A stretch of 51,742 nucleotides of DNA, taken from NCBI GenBank assembly GCA_018826075.1, contig JAHKAJ010000018.1, forward strand, positions 1-51,742, read 5' to 3'. The notes under the pieces were generated by a model that saw only the letters and a program-made list of their open reading frames with translations, ran no database searches and had not been told where the DNA came from. A program made the position numbers and the translations under genes. Numbering within the stretch: the stretch's first letter is position 1; every line of letters begins with the position of its first letter. The DNA comes from Candidatus Omnitrophota bacterium. Its GTDB lineage: Bacteria; Omnitrophota; Gorgyraeia; Duberdicusellales; 4484-171. Positions 39,210 to 49,323 of this stretch are shown here, one piece after another.

Positions 39210-40414
39210 AGAAGAGAATGGTGGTTTCTGCGATACTGGCGGTAATGGTGGTAGCTTCTTATACCATGGGTTTTTCTTTTGGAAAGGAAAGAGACGATGT
39301 CTATAAGGAATTGGAGATATTTTCTGAAGGGCTTGCAGTGATTGAGAAAAAATACGTTGAAGATAAAGCCCCTCAGGATTTAGTTTATGGCGCAATGCGC
39401 GGTATGCTTTTTTCCCTGGATTCTTACAGTCAGTTTTTGACCCCGGAGGATTACAGAAATCTTCTTATTGAAACTGAAGGCCAGTTCGGCGGTTTGGGGA
39501 TCGAGATTACTATCCGTCAGGGGCTCCTGACCATAGTTTCTCCGATCGAAGATACCCCGGCTTGGGCTTCCGGCTTAAAGCCCGGAGATCTGATTATTAA
39601 AATTGACGGGGAATTAACTAAAGATATTACTATCAACGAGGCAGTTAAGAAACTTCGGGGTGAACCCGGCAGCGATGTTACCATAACCATTTTACGGGAG
39701 GCAACTCGCAAAGTTCAGGATGTAACCATTACCCGGGGCATCATTAAGATAAAAGATATTAAGCGGGCAGTGATTCTAGATAATAGCATCGGTTATATCC
39801 GGATAGCCGAATTTCGGGAAACCACCGCTAAGGATTTAGGCAAAGGTTTGGAAGATTTGGATAAGCAGGGTTTAAAAGCTTTGATTCTTGATGTGCGCAA
39901 TAATCCCGGAGGCTTATTAAATTCGGCGATTGATGTTTCTAGCCGGTTTTTGGAAACTGGGAAAGTGGTGGTTTCGACTAAATCCCGGGATGAAGCCGAA
40001 AATTTCTATAAATCTTTGGCTTTTCAGAAAAAATACCTGGATATCCCGATGGTAGTTCTGATCAACCAGGGAAGCGCTTCAGGAAGCGAGATCGTGGCCG
40101 CGGCCTTAAGAGAAAATAACCGGGCAATCCTTCTTGGCGAAACTACTTTTGGTAAAGGCTCGGTCCAGACGATAATTCCCCTTTCCGACGGTTCGGCTTT
40201 GAGGTTGACCACTTCTAAATATTATACTCCTTCCGGTGCCAGCATCCATGAAAAAGGGGTTAATCCTGATATCGAAGTGGCTGAAACCGCAGTCAAAGAA
40301 GAGGCAGCAGATGTGTTCAATAAACTCCAGGAAGTCGAATTTGATTACACGAAGGATTATCAGATCGTCAGAGCTATAGATCTTATCAAGGGGATCATGG
40401 TACTAAAGAAGTAA
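39206..40414 (+). CDS. ctpA: S41 C-terminal processing protease
   Basis: PDZ domain (GGLGI), DVRNNPGG, SASGSE, TFGKGSVQ. Confidence 0.92.
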   Translation: MKKRMVVSAILAVMVVASYTMGFSFGKERDDVYKELEIFSEGLAVIEKKYVEDKAPQDLVYGAMRGMLFSLDSYSQFLTPEDYRNLLIETEGQFGGLGIEITIRQGLLTIVSPIEDTPAWASGLKPGDLIIKIDGELTKDITINEAVKKLRGEPGSDVTITILREATRKVQDVTITRGIIKIKDIKRAVILDNSIGYIRIAEFRETTAKDLGKGLEDLDKQGLKALILDVRNNPGGLLNSAIDVSSRFLETGKVVVSTKSRDEAENFYKSLAFQKKYLDIPMVVLINQGSASGSEIVAAALRENNRAILLGETTFGKGSVQTIIPLSDGSALRLTTSKYYTPSGASIHEKGVNPDIEVAETAVKEEAADVFNKLQEVEFDYTKDYQIVRAIDLIKGIMVLKK

Positions 40415-40415
40415 G

Positions 40416-41405
40416 ATGTATACCTTAGGTATAGAGACTTCCTGTGATGAGACTTCTTGTGCAGTTTTAAAAGGCTATCGGGTTCTTTCTAATGTCACCC
40501 TTTCTTCTTTGCGCGAACATAAAAAGTATGGAGGAGTTATCCCGGAGATAGCGACCCGTGCGCACCTGGTTAATATCGACCAAGTCACTCGCCTGGCTTT
40601 GGAGGAAAGCGGTTTGTCACTGGCTAAGATCGGTTTGATCTCCGTCACCGCTAAACCGGGCTTGATCGGAGCCTTGGTGGTCGGCTTAAATTTTGCCAAG
40701 GCCCTTTCCTTTGCCCTTAAAAAACCCTTTATCGGCGTCGATCATCTCCTGGCTCATCTTTTTGCTCCTTTTTTGGATCATCAAGAAACTTTAAAGTTTC
40801 CTTTTCTGGGGGTAGTGATTTCAGGAGGCCATACTGAAATCTACCGGGTTGATGATTTTAATAAAGTCAAGATGATCGGGGCTACCCGGGATGATGCTTG
40901 CGGAGAAGTCTTTGATAAGGTAGCGGTAAGTTATGGTTTGGGGTATCCCGGCGGTCCGCAAATAGATAAGTTGTTTAACCCGGCATACTGCAGAGACTTT
41001 AAGTTTAAATGCGGCCGGATTGGTTTTGATTTGAGCTTCAGCGGCATAAAGACCGCTTTGATGTATAAAAAGATCGAATTTGAAAAAAAAGGTACGGTTG
41101 ACGGCAGGCTTAGGCAGAGGCTTATTTCTTCTTTTCAGCATACGGTATTTGAAACAGTCGTTTCAACAATCCAAGAGGCAGCGGAAAAATTAAAAATTAA
41201 AACCATAGTTTGTGGTGGAGGAGTTTTGGCCAATAACTATTTACGCCGGCTGCTTAAAGCTAAAGAAAAACAAGGCCTTAAAATGTTGATTACCCCCCGG
41301 CAGTTTTCCGGGGACAACGCGGCAATAGTTGCAGGATTGGGGTTTTACTTGTATAATAAAAGAGGTTTAAGCAGCAGTTTTCGCCTGGAGGCAGGGGCCA
41401 GTTAA
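40416..41405 (+). CDS. tsaD: tRNA N6-threonylcarbamoyltransferase
   Basis: LGIETSCDET, HLLAH, SGGHT, FDKVA, SFSGIKT. Confidence 0.95.
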   Translation: MYTLGIETSCDETSCAVLKGYRVLSNVTLSSLREHKKYGGVIPEIATRAHLVNIDQVTRLALEESGLSLAKIGLISVTAKPGLIGALVVGLNFAKALSFALKKPFIGVDHLLAHLFAPFLDHQETLKFPFLGVVISGGHTEIYRVDDFNKVKMIGATRDDACGEVFDKVAVSYGLGYPGGPQIDKLFNPAYCRDFKFKCGRIGFDLSFSGIKTALMYKKIEFEKKGTVDGRLRQRLISSFQHTVFETVVSTIQEAAEKLKIKTIVCGGGVLANNYLRRLLKAKEKQGLKMLITPRQFSGDNAAIVAGLGFYLYNKRGLSSSFRLEAGAS

Positions 41406-41406
41406 G

Positions 41407-41832
41407 ATGATAGATACTTTCACCACTATTTTCCGTTTGGTTTTAGCTTTTTGTTTATGCAGTGTTATTGGTTTTGAGCGTGAACGAAAGGGCGGTTCAG
41501 CAGGATTACGGACCCATATTTTAGTCGGCACTGGATCGACATTGATAATGCTGGTTTCCCTTTATATTTTCCAGATGTATCATGACCAGGTGGCTGTTGA
41601 CCCCGGACGGATTGCCGCCGGAGTAGTTACCGGTATAGGTTTCTTAGGTGCCGGAACGATTATTCGCAGCCGGGAAGGAGTCAAAGGGTTGACTACCGCT
41701 GCCAGTGTTTGGGTAAGTTCAGGCATTGGTTTAGCCATAGGTTGCGGTTATATCAGTGCCGCTTTGGCGACCACGGCCATTGCTTATTTATCGCTTTCTT
41801 TTTTAAAGAAACTTGAAAAAACGAACGAGTGA
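41407..41832 (+). CDS. MgtC/SapB family protein
   Basis: IGFERE, AGLRTH, GIGFLGAG, GLTTAA. Confidence 0.93.
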   Translation: MIDTFTTIFRLVLAFCLCSVIGFERERKGGSAGLRTHILVGTGSTLIMLVSLYIFQMYHDQVAVDPGRIAAGVVTGIGFLGAGTIIRSREGVKGLTTAASVWVSSGIGLAIGCGYISAALATTAIAYLSLSFLKKLEKTNE

Positions 41833-41873
41833 TTGCAACCAGGCCAACCGATAAATAGAGAGGGGGTATAAAA

Positions 41874-42365
41874 ATGGTGAAACGCAGAGTCGATGAAAAA
41901 ATTCTTGATGTAAGTGCTGCGATGCAAGGGAGTTTGGTTTTTTCTGACCCCGTAAATTTGCGGATTAACGGAAAGTTTGAAGGTAATTTGGCTACCAAGG
42001 GAAGTTTGACTATTGGTTCAAACGCTGATGTGCGGGCTGATATTTCAGGAGAAGAGGTCATTGTTTCAGGAACGGTTAGAGGAAATATCCGGGCCAGTGA
42101 AGGTATCCGGTTGACTTCTACAGCCAAAGTTTTCGGCGATATCGATGTGGCCCAGGTCACTATCGAGAAGGGTGCGATCTTTAACGGAAAATGCCGGATG
42201 AATGAAGGAAAGATTTCTTTGGAAGAGTTGTCCGACTATCTAGCTGTTGAAGAGAAAAAAATAATGGAATGGGTTGAAGGCGGAAAGATTCCGGTAGAAA
42301 AAGAAGGAAGCAAATTTTTATTTGACCGGGCTCAGGTAGAAGACTGGATAGCCCATAAATTTTAG
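41874..42365 (+). CDS. Bactofilin fused to a C-terminal excisionase-like HTH
   Basis: Beta-helix repeats ending IEKGAIFNGKCRM, then ISLEELSDYL...GKIP...FLFDR. Confidence 0.85.
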   Translation: MVKRRVDEKILDVSAAMQGSLVFSDPVNLRINGKFEGNLATKGSLTIGSNADVRADISGEEVIVSGTVRGNIRASEGIRLTSTAKVFGDIDVAQVTIEKGAIFNGKCRMNEGKISLEELSDYLAVEEKKIMEWVEGGKIPVEKEGSKFLFDRAQVEDWIAHKF

Positions 42366-42682
42366 TGATGAAAGAGAAACTTTTGAGCACCCGCGAGGTG
42401 TCTCAGATTTTAGGGATTTCCGAAAAAGACATAATCGAGCTGGCTAATTCTCGCCACATACCGCATTTTAAAGTGGCCGGGGAATTTTTGCGGTTTCGGC
42501 GGGATGACGTTGTCAAGATCAAGCCGACCATCAGGAAAAAATACAATATTCCCGAAAAGCAGAGCCGGCGTACCGAAAGTTTTAGGGAATTTTTCTATTT
42601 TAATGATTTCTATATTTTAACCGCAGTTATTATCATCGCCCTTCTCTGGGTAATTTTCAAAGACTTGTTTTTTTTCGCCTAG
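42365..42682 (+). CDS. Excisionase-like HTH protein with C-terminal TM helix
   Basis: LLSTREVSQILG..IPHFKVAGEFLRFRR; ILTAVIIIALLWVIF. Confidence 0.8.
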   Translation: MMKEKLLSTREVSQILGISEKDIIELANSRHIPHFKVAGEFLRFRRDDVVKIKPTIRKKYNIPEKQSRRTESFREFFYFNDFYILTAVIIIALLWVIFKDLFFFA

Positions 42683-42872
42683 CCGTCAACCCCCCCCAGA
42701 CTTACAAAATAATCGATGTAAACCGCAATTAGCTCGAGTGAACTATAACGGTTTTGTTTGTTTTGCAACCAGGCTTTGAATCAAGAAGTCTAAATAGAAG
42801 GCTAGTAATAAATAATTTGCTTTAATCATGATAATTGGTAAAATCGGGTGATACTTAAACTAAAGGGGGGCT

Positions 42873-43193
42873 ATGATAACTTTTGATGATTTTTCCAAGC
42901 TGGATCTAAGAGTCGGTAAGATCCTGGCTGTTGAACCGCATCCTAATGCCGAGAAACTATATTTAGTAACTGTCGATATCGGTGAAAAAACCCTGTCTTT
43001 GGTAGCCGGGATAAAACCGTTTTATCCGGCCGAAGATCTGATCAGCAAATACGTGGTGGTTTTGATAAATCTGGAGCCAAAAACTATTCGAGGGGTTTTG
43101 TCTCAAGGGATGATCCTGGCTGCTCAAAGCCCGGATGATTTAAGCCTGATCGTTTGCGATAAAAAAGTAGAGCTGGGAAGTAAAGTCAGATAA
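42873..43193 (+). CDS. Stand-alone tRNA-binding OB-fold (Trbp111/CsaA/MetRS-C type)
   Basis: ITFDDFSKLDLRVG, HPNAEKL, SQGMILAA. Confidence 0.9.
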   Translation: MITFDDFSKLDLRVGKILAVEPHPNAEKLYLVTVDIGEKTLSLVAGIKPFYPAEDLISKYVVVLINLEPKTIRGVLSQGMILAAQSPDDLSLIVCDKKVELGSKVR

Positions 43194-43204
43194 GGCTTTT
43201 AAGG

Positions 43205-43615
43205 ATGAACACCCATCATATAAAGGTAAAGACCAGGGGTAATTGCGATGTTATCAATATTACTCCTGAAGTTAAAGCCTTGGCCGATAAAGAAAAGTTA
43301 GAGGAGGCAGTTATCTTTCTTACGGTAATCGGCTCAACTGCCGGCCTTACTACCATGGAATACGAGCCGGGCCTTAAGCAAGATTTAAAGCAGGCCTTTG
43401 AGCAGCTGCTGCCTTATAAAAAGGATTACGCTCATAATTCTACCTGGTCGGATGACAATGGTCACTCGCATCTGCGCAGTTCTTTTATCAAGACCGGTTT
43501 ATTTGTTTCGGTTACCGCCGGTTCACTCGACTTAGGGACTTGGCAACAGGTGGTTTTAATTGATTTTGATACCCGGCCCCGCGAGCGAAAGATAGTAGTT
43601 AAAATATTAACCTAA
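43205..43615 (+). CDS. YjbQ/UPF0047 family protein
   Basis: GSTAGLTTMEYE, NGHSH, LGTWQ. Confidence 0.9.
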   Translation: MNTHHIKVKTRGNCDVINITPEVKALADKEKLEEAVIFLTVIGSTAGLTTMEYEPGLKQDLKQAFEQLLPYKKDYAHNSTWSDDNGHSHLRSSFIKTGLFVSVTAGSLDLGTWQQVVLIDFDTRPRERKIVVKILT

Positions 43616-43620
43616 ATTAT

Positions 43621-43647
43621 GTAGGGGCGGGTTTTAAACCCGCCCTA
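43621..43647. repeat. GTAG-type REP palindrome
   Basis: GTAGGGGCGGGTTTTAAACCCGCCCTA, intergenic. Confidence 0.8.
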
Positions 43648-43663
43648 AAATAATCAAATAAAT

Positions 43664-44482
43664 ATGGATTTAAGCCGCAGGCTTGAAGATTACCCCTTAG
43701 TAATTCTGGATTTAGAAACCACTGGTTTAAATGCCGTTTTGGGTGATGCTATCTGTGAGATCGGAGCCTTAAAAGTCAAAGACAGAAAAGTTATCGATAA
43801 GTTTCATAGTCTGGTAAATCCCCAGAGAAGCATGCCCCCAGAAGCTTATCAGGTTCATAAAATATCTGAAGCTGATCTAAAACAGGCTCCCAGCTTTGAA
43901 CAGGTAGCTGCTGAGCTGGTTAATTTTTTAAACGGCTGTGTGCTTTGCGCTTACAATGTCGAATTCGACCTGGGCTTTATTGACCAGAGTTTAAAGAAAA
44001 TCAACCAGAAACCTTTAGCTGTGGCCGCTGTTGATATTTTAATTATGGCCAGAGACGTGCTTACTTTACCCCGCTATAACTTGGAAGCCGTAGCCAGGTC
44101 TTTGGGTATTGATTGCGGGGTAAATTTACACCGGGCTTTAGACGATGCATTAATAGCTTATCAGGTATTTACTAAATTGATTGATAGTTTAAAAAGTAAA
44201 AATATTGAAAGCCTCGAAGATTATATTTCTCTTTACAGCTGCAACAATCAATTTTATCGGGCCAAAGAAGATGTAAAGATCGAGGCACTAAAAACGGCTA
44301 TCGACAAGAATCTAAGATTGGAAATAAAATATTTTTCCAGCCATAAGGATATCAGGAGCGAACAGATAGTGCCGTTACGGATTTTTGAGGAAGGAAGGTT
44401 TTACTATCTTTTGTACCAGGGCCAGGCTGAAGCCGCCCGCCGGCTGCGCCTAAGAAAGCTGCTTGATATCCAGCCTGTTTAG
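43664..44482 (+). CDS. DEDDh 3'-5' exonuclease (DnaQ-like) with WYL-like C-terminus
   Basis: DLETTG, YNVEFD, HRALDD; C-terminal AI...LEIKY...IVPLRI...RRLRL. Confidence 0.85.
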   Translation: MDLSRRLEDYPLVILDLETTGLNAVLGDAICEIGALKVKDRKVIDKFHSLVNPQRSMPPEAYQVHKISEADLKQAPSFEQVAAELVNFLNGCVLCAYNVEFDLGFIDQSLKKINQKPLAVAAVDILIMARDVLTLPRYNLEAVARSLGIDCGVNLHRALDDALIAYQVFTKLIDSLKSKNIESLEDYISLYSCNNQFYRAKEDVKIEALKTAIDKNLRLEIKYFSSHKDIRSEQIVPLRIFEEGRFYYLLYQGQAEAARRLRLRKLLDIQPV

Positions 44483-44563
44483 AGAGTATTAATTTACAGC
44501 AGCCGGATATTTTGATAGAATAAATGAAGCTATAAGTGACCTAGGCATTAAAGGAGGTAGAAT

Positions 44564-45046
44564 ATGGAAGAGATTTTAGAGATATTAGAGAATAACGCCA
44601 GGGTTTCTTTGGAAGACCTTGAAAAGTTGACCGGAAAAAGCCAAAAGGAGATCAGTCGGGCGATAAAGGATTATGAAAAAAAGGGAGTCATTGTAAAGTA
44701 TAAAACAGTGGTTAATCGCCAAAAAATCAAAGGCCAGCGGGGTGTCCGGGCTTTGATCGAGGTCAAAGTAGCCCCACAGAAAGATGTCGGGTTTGACTTG
44801 GTAGCTGAGCGGATTTACCGTTTTCCGGAGGTAAAAAGCTGTTACCTTCTTTCGGGAACTTATGACTTGTTGTTAGTAGTTGAAGGTGACGATATTAATA
44901 CCGTAGCCAGTTTTGTTTCCGAAAAACTGGCTCCCTTAAGCCAGGTAAGAGGTACAGCCACTCACTTTATGCTTAAGAAATACAAAGAAGATGGCGTAAT
45001 CTTGACTAAGCTTGAGAAAAGTCAGCGCTTGGCAATAACTTATTAG
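44564..45046 (+). CDS. Lrp/AsnC family regulator
   Basis: N-terminal HTH; SGTYDL; THFMLKKYK. Confidence 0.9.
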   Translation: MEEILEILENNARVSLEDLEKLTGKSQKEISRAIKDYEKKGVIVKYKTVVNRQKIKGQRGVRALIEVKVAPQKDVGFDLVAERIYRFPEVKSCYLLSGTYDLLLVVEGDDINTVASFVSEKLAPLSQVRGTATHFMLKKYKEDGVILTKLEKSQRLAITY

Positions 45047-45056
45047 AAAATCGACC

Positions 45057-46208
45057 ATGATATCTAAACGTGTTAAGAAAGTACCCCCTTCGGGGATCCG
45101 TGAATTTTTTGACCTGGTTTTAGGGATGCCGGAGGTAATTTCTTTGGGGGTCGGAGAACCCGACTTTATTACCCCCTGGAGGATCAGAGAGAAGGCTATT
45201 ACTGCTCTTGAAGAAGGCCTGACTTCTTATACTTCCAACAAAGGCCTTTTTGTCTTACGCCGCGATATAGCCGGGCACTACCGTGAAAAATATTCTTTGG
45301 TCTATGATCCCGAGGATGAGATCTTGATAACTGTCGGGGTGAGTGAAGCTTTAGACTTGGCCTTAAGGGCTATCCTTGATCCCGGAGATAAAGTTGTTGT
45401 AGCCAGCCCTCATTATGTGGCTTACCCGGCCCTGGTTGAGATTTCAGGAGGCAAGGTTTTACCTCTGGTTACTACCCCTGAGGAAGGTTTTAAGATCAAT
45501 ATAAGTAAATTGAAGAATTTGCTGAAATTGGAACCCAAAGCGATTATTTTTAACAATCCGGCTAATCCTACCGGAGTCCACTATTCTAATGAGGAGTTGA
45601 AAAAAATCTGGCAGGTCCTTTCCGGCAAAAAGACTTTGATTATCAGCGATGAGGTTTATGATGAATTAGTTTACGATCAGAAACATTCTCCTTTTTCTTC
45701 CTTTTCTCAAGAGGCAAAGAAAAGGACAATTCTTCTCAACGGATTTTCTAAAGGCCATGCTATGACCGGTTTTCGGGTAGGTTTTGTCTGTGCCAATAAG
45801 GAAATCATCGAGGCTATGACTAAGATCCATTCTTTTTCGATAATGTGCGCTCCGATCATCGCTCAAATCGCGGCTTCGGAAGCCCTCTTGGCTCATAAGG
45901 ATATCAACTATATGCAATCAGCCTATCGGCGGCGGAGAGATTATATAAATAAAGAGTTGAACCGGTTGGGCTTGGATAATAAGTTGCCTCAAGGAGCCTT
46001 TTACTGTTTCCCTTCGATTAAAAAGTTTAAGCTAGGCTCTTTAGAATTCGCTAAAAAGCTTTTGTTTCAAGAAAAAGTAGCAGTAGTTCCCGGTGTGGCT
46101 TTCGGTAAAGAGTTTAACTCCCATGTCCGGATCTCTTATGCTAATTCTTTGGAAAATTTAAAGGAAGCCATAGTGCGAATAGAAAAATTTTTGGCTAAAT
46201 TGAAGTGA
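45057..46208 (+). CDS. PLP-dependent aminotransferase class I/II
   Basis: GEPDF, NPANPTG, SDEVY, SKGHAMTGFRVG. Confidence 0.93.
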   Translation: MISKRVKKVPPSGIREFFDLVLGMPEVISLGVGEPDFITPWRIREKAITALEEGLTSYTSNKGLFVLRRDIAGHYREKYSLVYDPEDEILITVGVSEALDLALRAILDPGDKVVVASPHYVAYPALVEISGGKVLPLVTTPEEGFKINISKLKNLLKLEPKAIIFNNPANPTGVHYSNEELKKIWQVLSGKKTLIISDEVYDELVYDQKHSPFSSFSQEAKKRTILLNGFSKGHAMTGFRVGFVCANKEIIEAMTKIHSFSIMCAPIIAQIAASEALLAHKDINYMQSAYRRRRDYINKELNRLGLDNKLPQGAFYCFPSIKKFKLGSLEFAKKLLFQEKVAVVPGVAFGKEFNSHVRISYANSLENLKEAIVRIEKFLAKLK

Positions 46209-46211
46209 TCA

Positions 46212-46502
46212 ATGGTTGATTCCCAGACAATCAAGGCCGGCAAGAAAAAAATCAGGGCTTTTTCGCTAAACTTGGGTAAAAATAACCTAATCGTGCTTTT
46301 GGGCCGGCGCGGCTATTGTATGTGCGGCTATTTAAATTTAGGGGTTGCCAGAAAGTTTGCAGACGCGGCCGTCAAAATAACCGGAGTTTCCAGCATTCAA
46401 GATGCTTTGAAAGCTCGAGTCCACTCCTTAACTCCAGCGGCAAAGCGCTTAGGCTTAAAAAAAGGTCAGGCCATAAAAGATGTTCTTAAAATCATCGCCT
46501 AA
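46212..46502 (+). CDS. YunC/DUF1805 family protein
   Basis: GYCMCGYLN, AVKITGV. Confidence 0.8.
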   Translation: MVDSQTIKAGKKKIRAFSLNLGKNNLIVLLGRRGYCMCGYLNLGVARKFADAAVKITGVSSIQDALKARVHSLTPAAKRLGLKKGQAIKDVLKIIA

Positions 46503-48837
46503 ATTAATAATTTATCTGTTAACGGTTTTGCTTTTAGGTTGCAGCCAGCCTAAAGCTGTGCCTGTCGAGCCAGGCTCTTTGGAAAAACTGACTGTTCAAT
46601 ACCAGGATTTAATCCAAGAGCACGAACAGCTTCTTGAAAATAACCCGGCCGACCTAGCTCTCCGTTTGAAACTGGCCCGGTTTTACTATGATTTTAAAGA
46701 TTACCGGAAGGTGAGCCAACTTTTAACCGGCCAGGAATCTCCAGAAGCAAAAATTCTTTTAGCTAAAGCTTTTTCCCGGCTTAAAGATTACGATTATGCC
46801 ATCGCTGTCTTTGAACAGTTAAAGCCTTTTCCCGAGGATCCCGAGAGTCTTTATCTTTACGCCGAAGTTTTAGAAAAAAAGAACCTTTTTCCCAAGGCTT
46901 TGGAAACCTATGCCCAAGTCAAAGGAGCTTTATCAGCACAAGCCAGAGAAAGAATAATCGCTATCCGGGCTGAGGAAGTCGGTGACCAGGTACCCCAAGA
47001 GATAAGCCAGCTTTTACAAGATTCAGAAGATTTTTTAAGTCAATCCCAGGACGATGCCGCAGCTTACCTTTTAGTCGATGAACAAAGCGAAATTTTTCCG
47101 GATAATACTTCTGTTTCTATAGTGCACGTAATCGAGAAAGTTTTAAAAGAGCGCGGTAAAGAATTGGCTGAAGTCGATATCGGCTACGATTCCACCTATC
47201 AACGGGTTGAACTTGAATTTGCCCGGACAATAACCAAAGAGGGCAAAGTCCGTTATACTGCCGGTGAAAATATCCGTGATGTAAGCCGTTATCTAAACTT
47301 TCCGCTTTATAGTAATTCCCGGGCTTTTATTATTTCTATGCCCTCGGTAGACGTGGGGGCATTGATCGAATATAAAGTAAAGATCTATTCGTCAAAATTA
47401 GTCAACGATGAAGATTTTTCTTTCATTTACCGTTTGCGAGAAGAGTACCCGGTGTGTAAAGCCCGCTTTAAACTGGCTATTCCTAAAAAATCAGAGATAT
47501 TTTTTAAATTTTTAAATCGAGAGTATGCCGAAGGAGTTAAGCTCCAGCCTTCGGTTTCAGAAACCGGGGATAAGAAAACTTACACCTGGGAATTCCAGCA
47601 GATAAAACCGATTATCCCCGAATATGCTATGCCGCCGCAAAGTTACCTTAATCCGGCAGTGTTAATATCCAGCTTTTCTTCCTGGGATGAGATCTATGGC
47701 TGGTGGCAGCCTTTATACCAGGATAAACTTGCTTTAAGCCAGGAGATGAAAGAATTTTTAAATCAGCGGATCAAAGGGGTTACTTCTGATATCGAAAAAG
47801 CTAAGAAAATCTATGAATTTGTGGCTAAAAATATCCGTTATGTAGCTATAGAATACGGCCAAGGCGGCCACGAACCTCACCGAGTCGAAGAAGTCTTTAT
47901 CAACCGCTATGGGGACTGTAAAGACCAGGCAATACTTTTAGTCTCACTTTTGCGCCAGGCTGGCTTAAAAGCTTACCCGGTACTTATTTCTACTGACCGG
48001 ATATATCCGATAGATAAGGATTTCCCTTCGATTAATTTTAACCATGCTATTTGTGCTGTTCAGATAAATGAAGATCTGATTTTTATGGACCCTACTGCCG
48101 AGACAACTCCGTTTGGAGAGATACCGCTGGGTGATCAAAACCGGCCGGTAATGGTATTCTTTGACGATCATTGGCAAATCGTTTTGACTGATACTTCTAA
48201 GGATAGCCGGGTCAGTTACCAGATGGAAATTTCAATTGACCAGGAAGAAAACGCAAACATCAGGCGCCAGGTTAGGAGTTTTGGATTTTTCGCTTCCAGT
48301 TACCGCGGGTATTTAAAATATACTCATCCTGAGCTGATTGAAGAGGATATCCGCCAGAAGATGAAAGAGATATCTTCTTTATCCAGCCTGATTGATTATA
48401 ATATAGAAAATGCTGATGATTTTGATCTAAATCCGGTGCTCACCTACAATTTTAGGGTTGAGAAATTTTTTAACCCGGCCGGTAATTTAAGAATCGTTCC
48501 GGCCTTAGACCAGATCCAGCTCGATCGTAAATTGATCAGTAAAGACACGAGGCAATTCCCTATAGATTTTAGCGGATTATATAGTAAAGATGCCAAGATC
48601 AAGATAAACCTGCCTAAGAATTTAAAGGTTAAATATTTGCCTAAACCTTTCAGCTTAGAGAATCCCTGGTTTAAGCTGGAAGTTTCCTATCGCAATCTTA
48701 ATCAGGCAGTTGATTTTTACCAAAACTTAAATGTTAGAAAGCGTTTTGTCGAGGTGAAAGATTACGATAAATTTGTAGGATATCTCGAAGAGGCGATTTA
48801 TCTCCTGCGTGAAGAGGTAATTTTAGAAGCCAGATGA
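46480..48837 (+). CDS. Lipoprotein with TPR, DUF3857 and transglutaminase-like domains
   Basis: LLGC lipobox; TPR helices; GDCKD, FNHAI, MDPT triad. Confidence 0.85.
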   Translation: MFLKSSPKLIIYLLTVLLLGCSQPKAVPVEPGSLEKLTVQYQDLIQEHEQLLENNPADLALRLKLARFYYDFKDYRKVSQLLTGQESPEAKILLAKAFSRLKDYDYAIAVFEQLKPFPEDPESLYLYAEVLEKKNLFPKALETYAQVKGALSAQARERIIAIRAEEVGDQVPQEISQLLQDSEDFLSQSQDDAAAYLLVDEQSEIFPDNTSVSIVHVIEKVLKERGKELAEVDIGYDSTYQRVELEFARTITKEGKVRYTAGENIRDVSRYLNFPLYSNSRAFIISMPSVDVGALIEYKVKIYSSKLVNDEDFSFIYRLREEYPVCKARFKLAIPKKSEIFFKFLNREYAEGVKLQPSVSETGDKKTYTWEFQQIKPIIPEYAMPPQSYLNPAVLISSFSSWDEIYGWWQPLYQDKLALSQEMKEFLNQRIKGVTSDIEKAKKIYEFVAKNIRYVAIEYGQGGHEPHRVEEVFINRYGDCKDQAILLVSLLRQAGLKAYPVLISTDRIYPIDKDFPSINFNHAICAVQINEDLIFMDPTAETTPFGEIPLGDQNRPVMVFFDDHWQIVLTDTSKDSRVSYQMEISIDQEENANIRRQVRSFGFFASSYRGYLKYTHPELIEEDIRQKMKEISSLSSLIDYNIENADDFDLNPVLTYNFRVEKFFNPAGNLRIVPALDQIQLDRKLISKDTRQFPIDFSGLYSKDAKIKINLPKNLKVKYLPKPFSLENPWFKLEVSYRNLNQAVDFYQNLNVRKRFVEVKDYDKFVGYLEEAIYLLREEVILEAR

Positions 48838-49196
48838 AGAGAAAAGATTTTGAAATATTTTTTTACGAAAACATTTTGAAGGAACGTCCGGAATTTGTCG
48901 GGGCCCTGATTTCCCTGGGTGATGCCTATACCCGTAGAGGCCTTTATCAGGAAGGCTTGGCTGTTGACCGAAAATTGGCTGATTTGCGGCCGGACGATCC
49001 GATTATCCACTACAATCTAGCTTGCAGTCTTTCTTTAGTCGGCAATCCCCAAGAGGCCTTGAGAGAGTTAAAAAAAGCTATTTTGTTGGGCTATGATGAT
49101 TTCTCTTATATTATGGAAGATGCTGATTTAAAAAATGTAAGAGACCTTCCTGAATTCAAGACCTTGCATTTAAAACTAAAAAAAATAGAAGATTGA
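48834..49196 (+). CDS. TPR protein
   Basis: LGDAYT, HYNLACSLS, DADL. Confidence 0.8.
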   Translation: MKRKDFEIFFYENILKERPEFVGALISLGDAYTRRGLYQEGLAVDRKLADLRPDDPIIHYNLACSLSLVGNPQEALRELKKAILLGYDDFSYIMEDADLKNVRDLPEFKTLHLKLKKIED

Positions 49197-49323
49197 ACGT
49201 ATTAAGTTTTCCGGAAAACATTTTAACTTTTTCCAAGCGACCACCACCGCTTATTTTGTGCTCACTTACTACGGTTATAATCCTCTCCGGGTAAATGCCC
49301 GGCAATATTTTTAGATAAACCGG

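Noticed and set aside
42739-42752. rRNA fragment (AACTATAACGGT resembles a 23S motif)
   Set aside because: Match is about 12 nt with no flanking similarity.
1552-49010. Numerous short antisense or nested ORFs in the track
   Set aside because: They overlap well-supported genes or RNAs and have no recognisable motifs.
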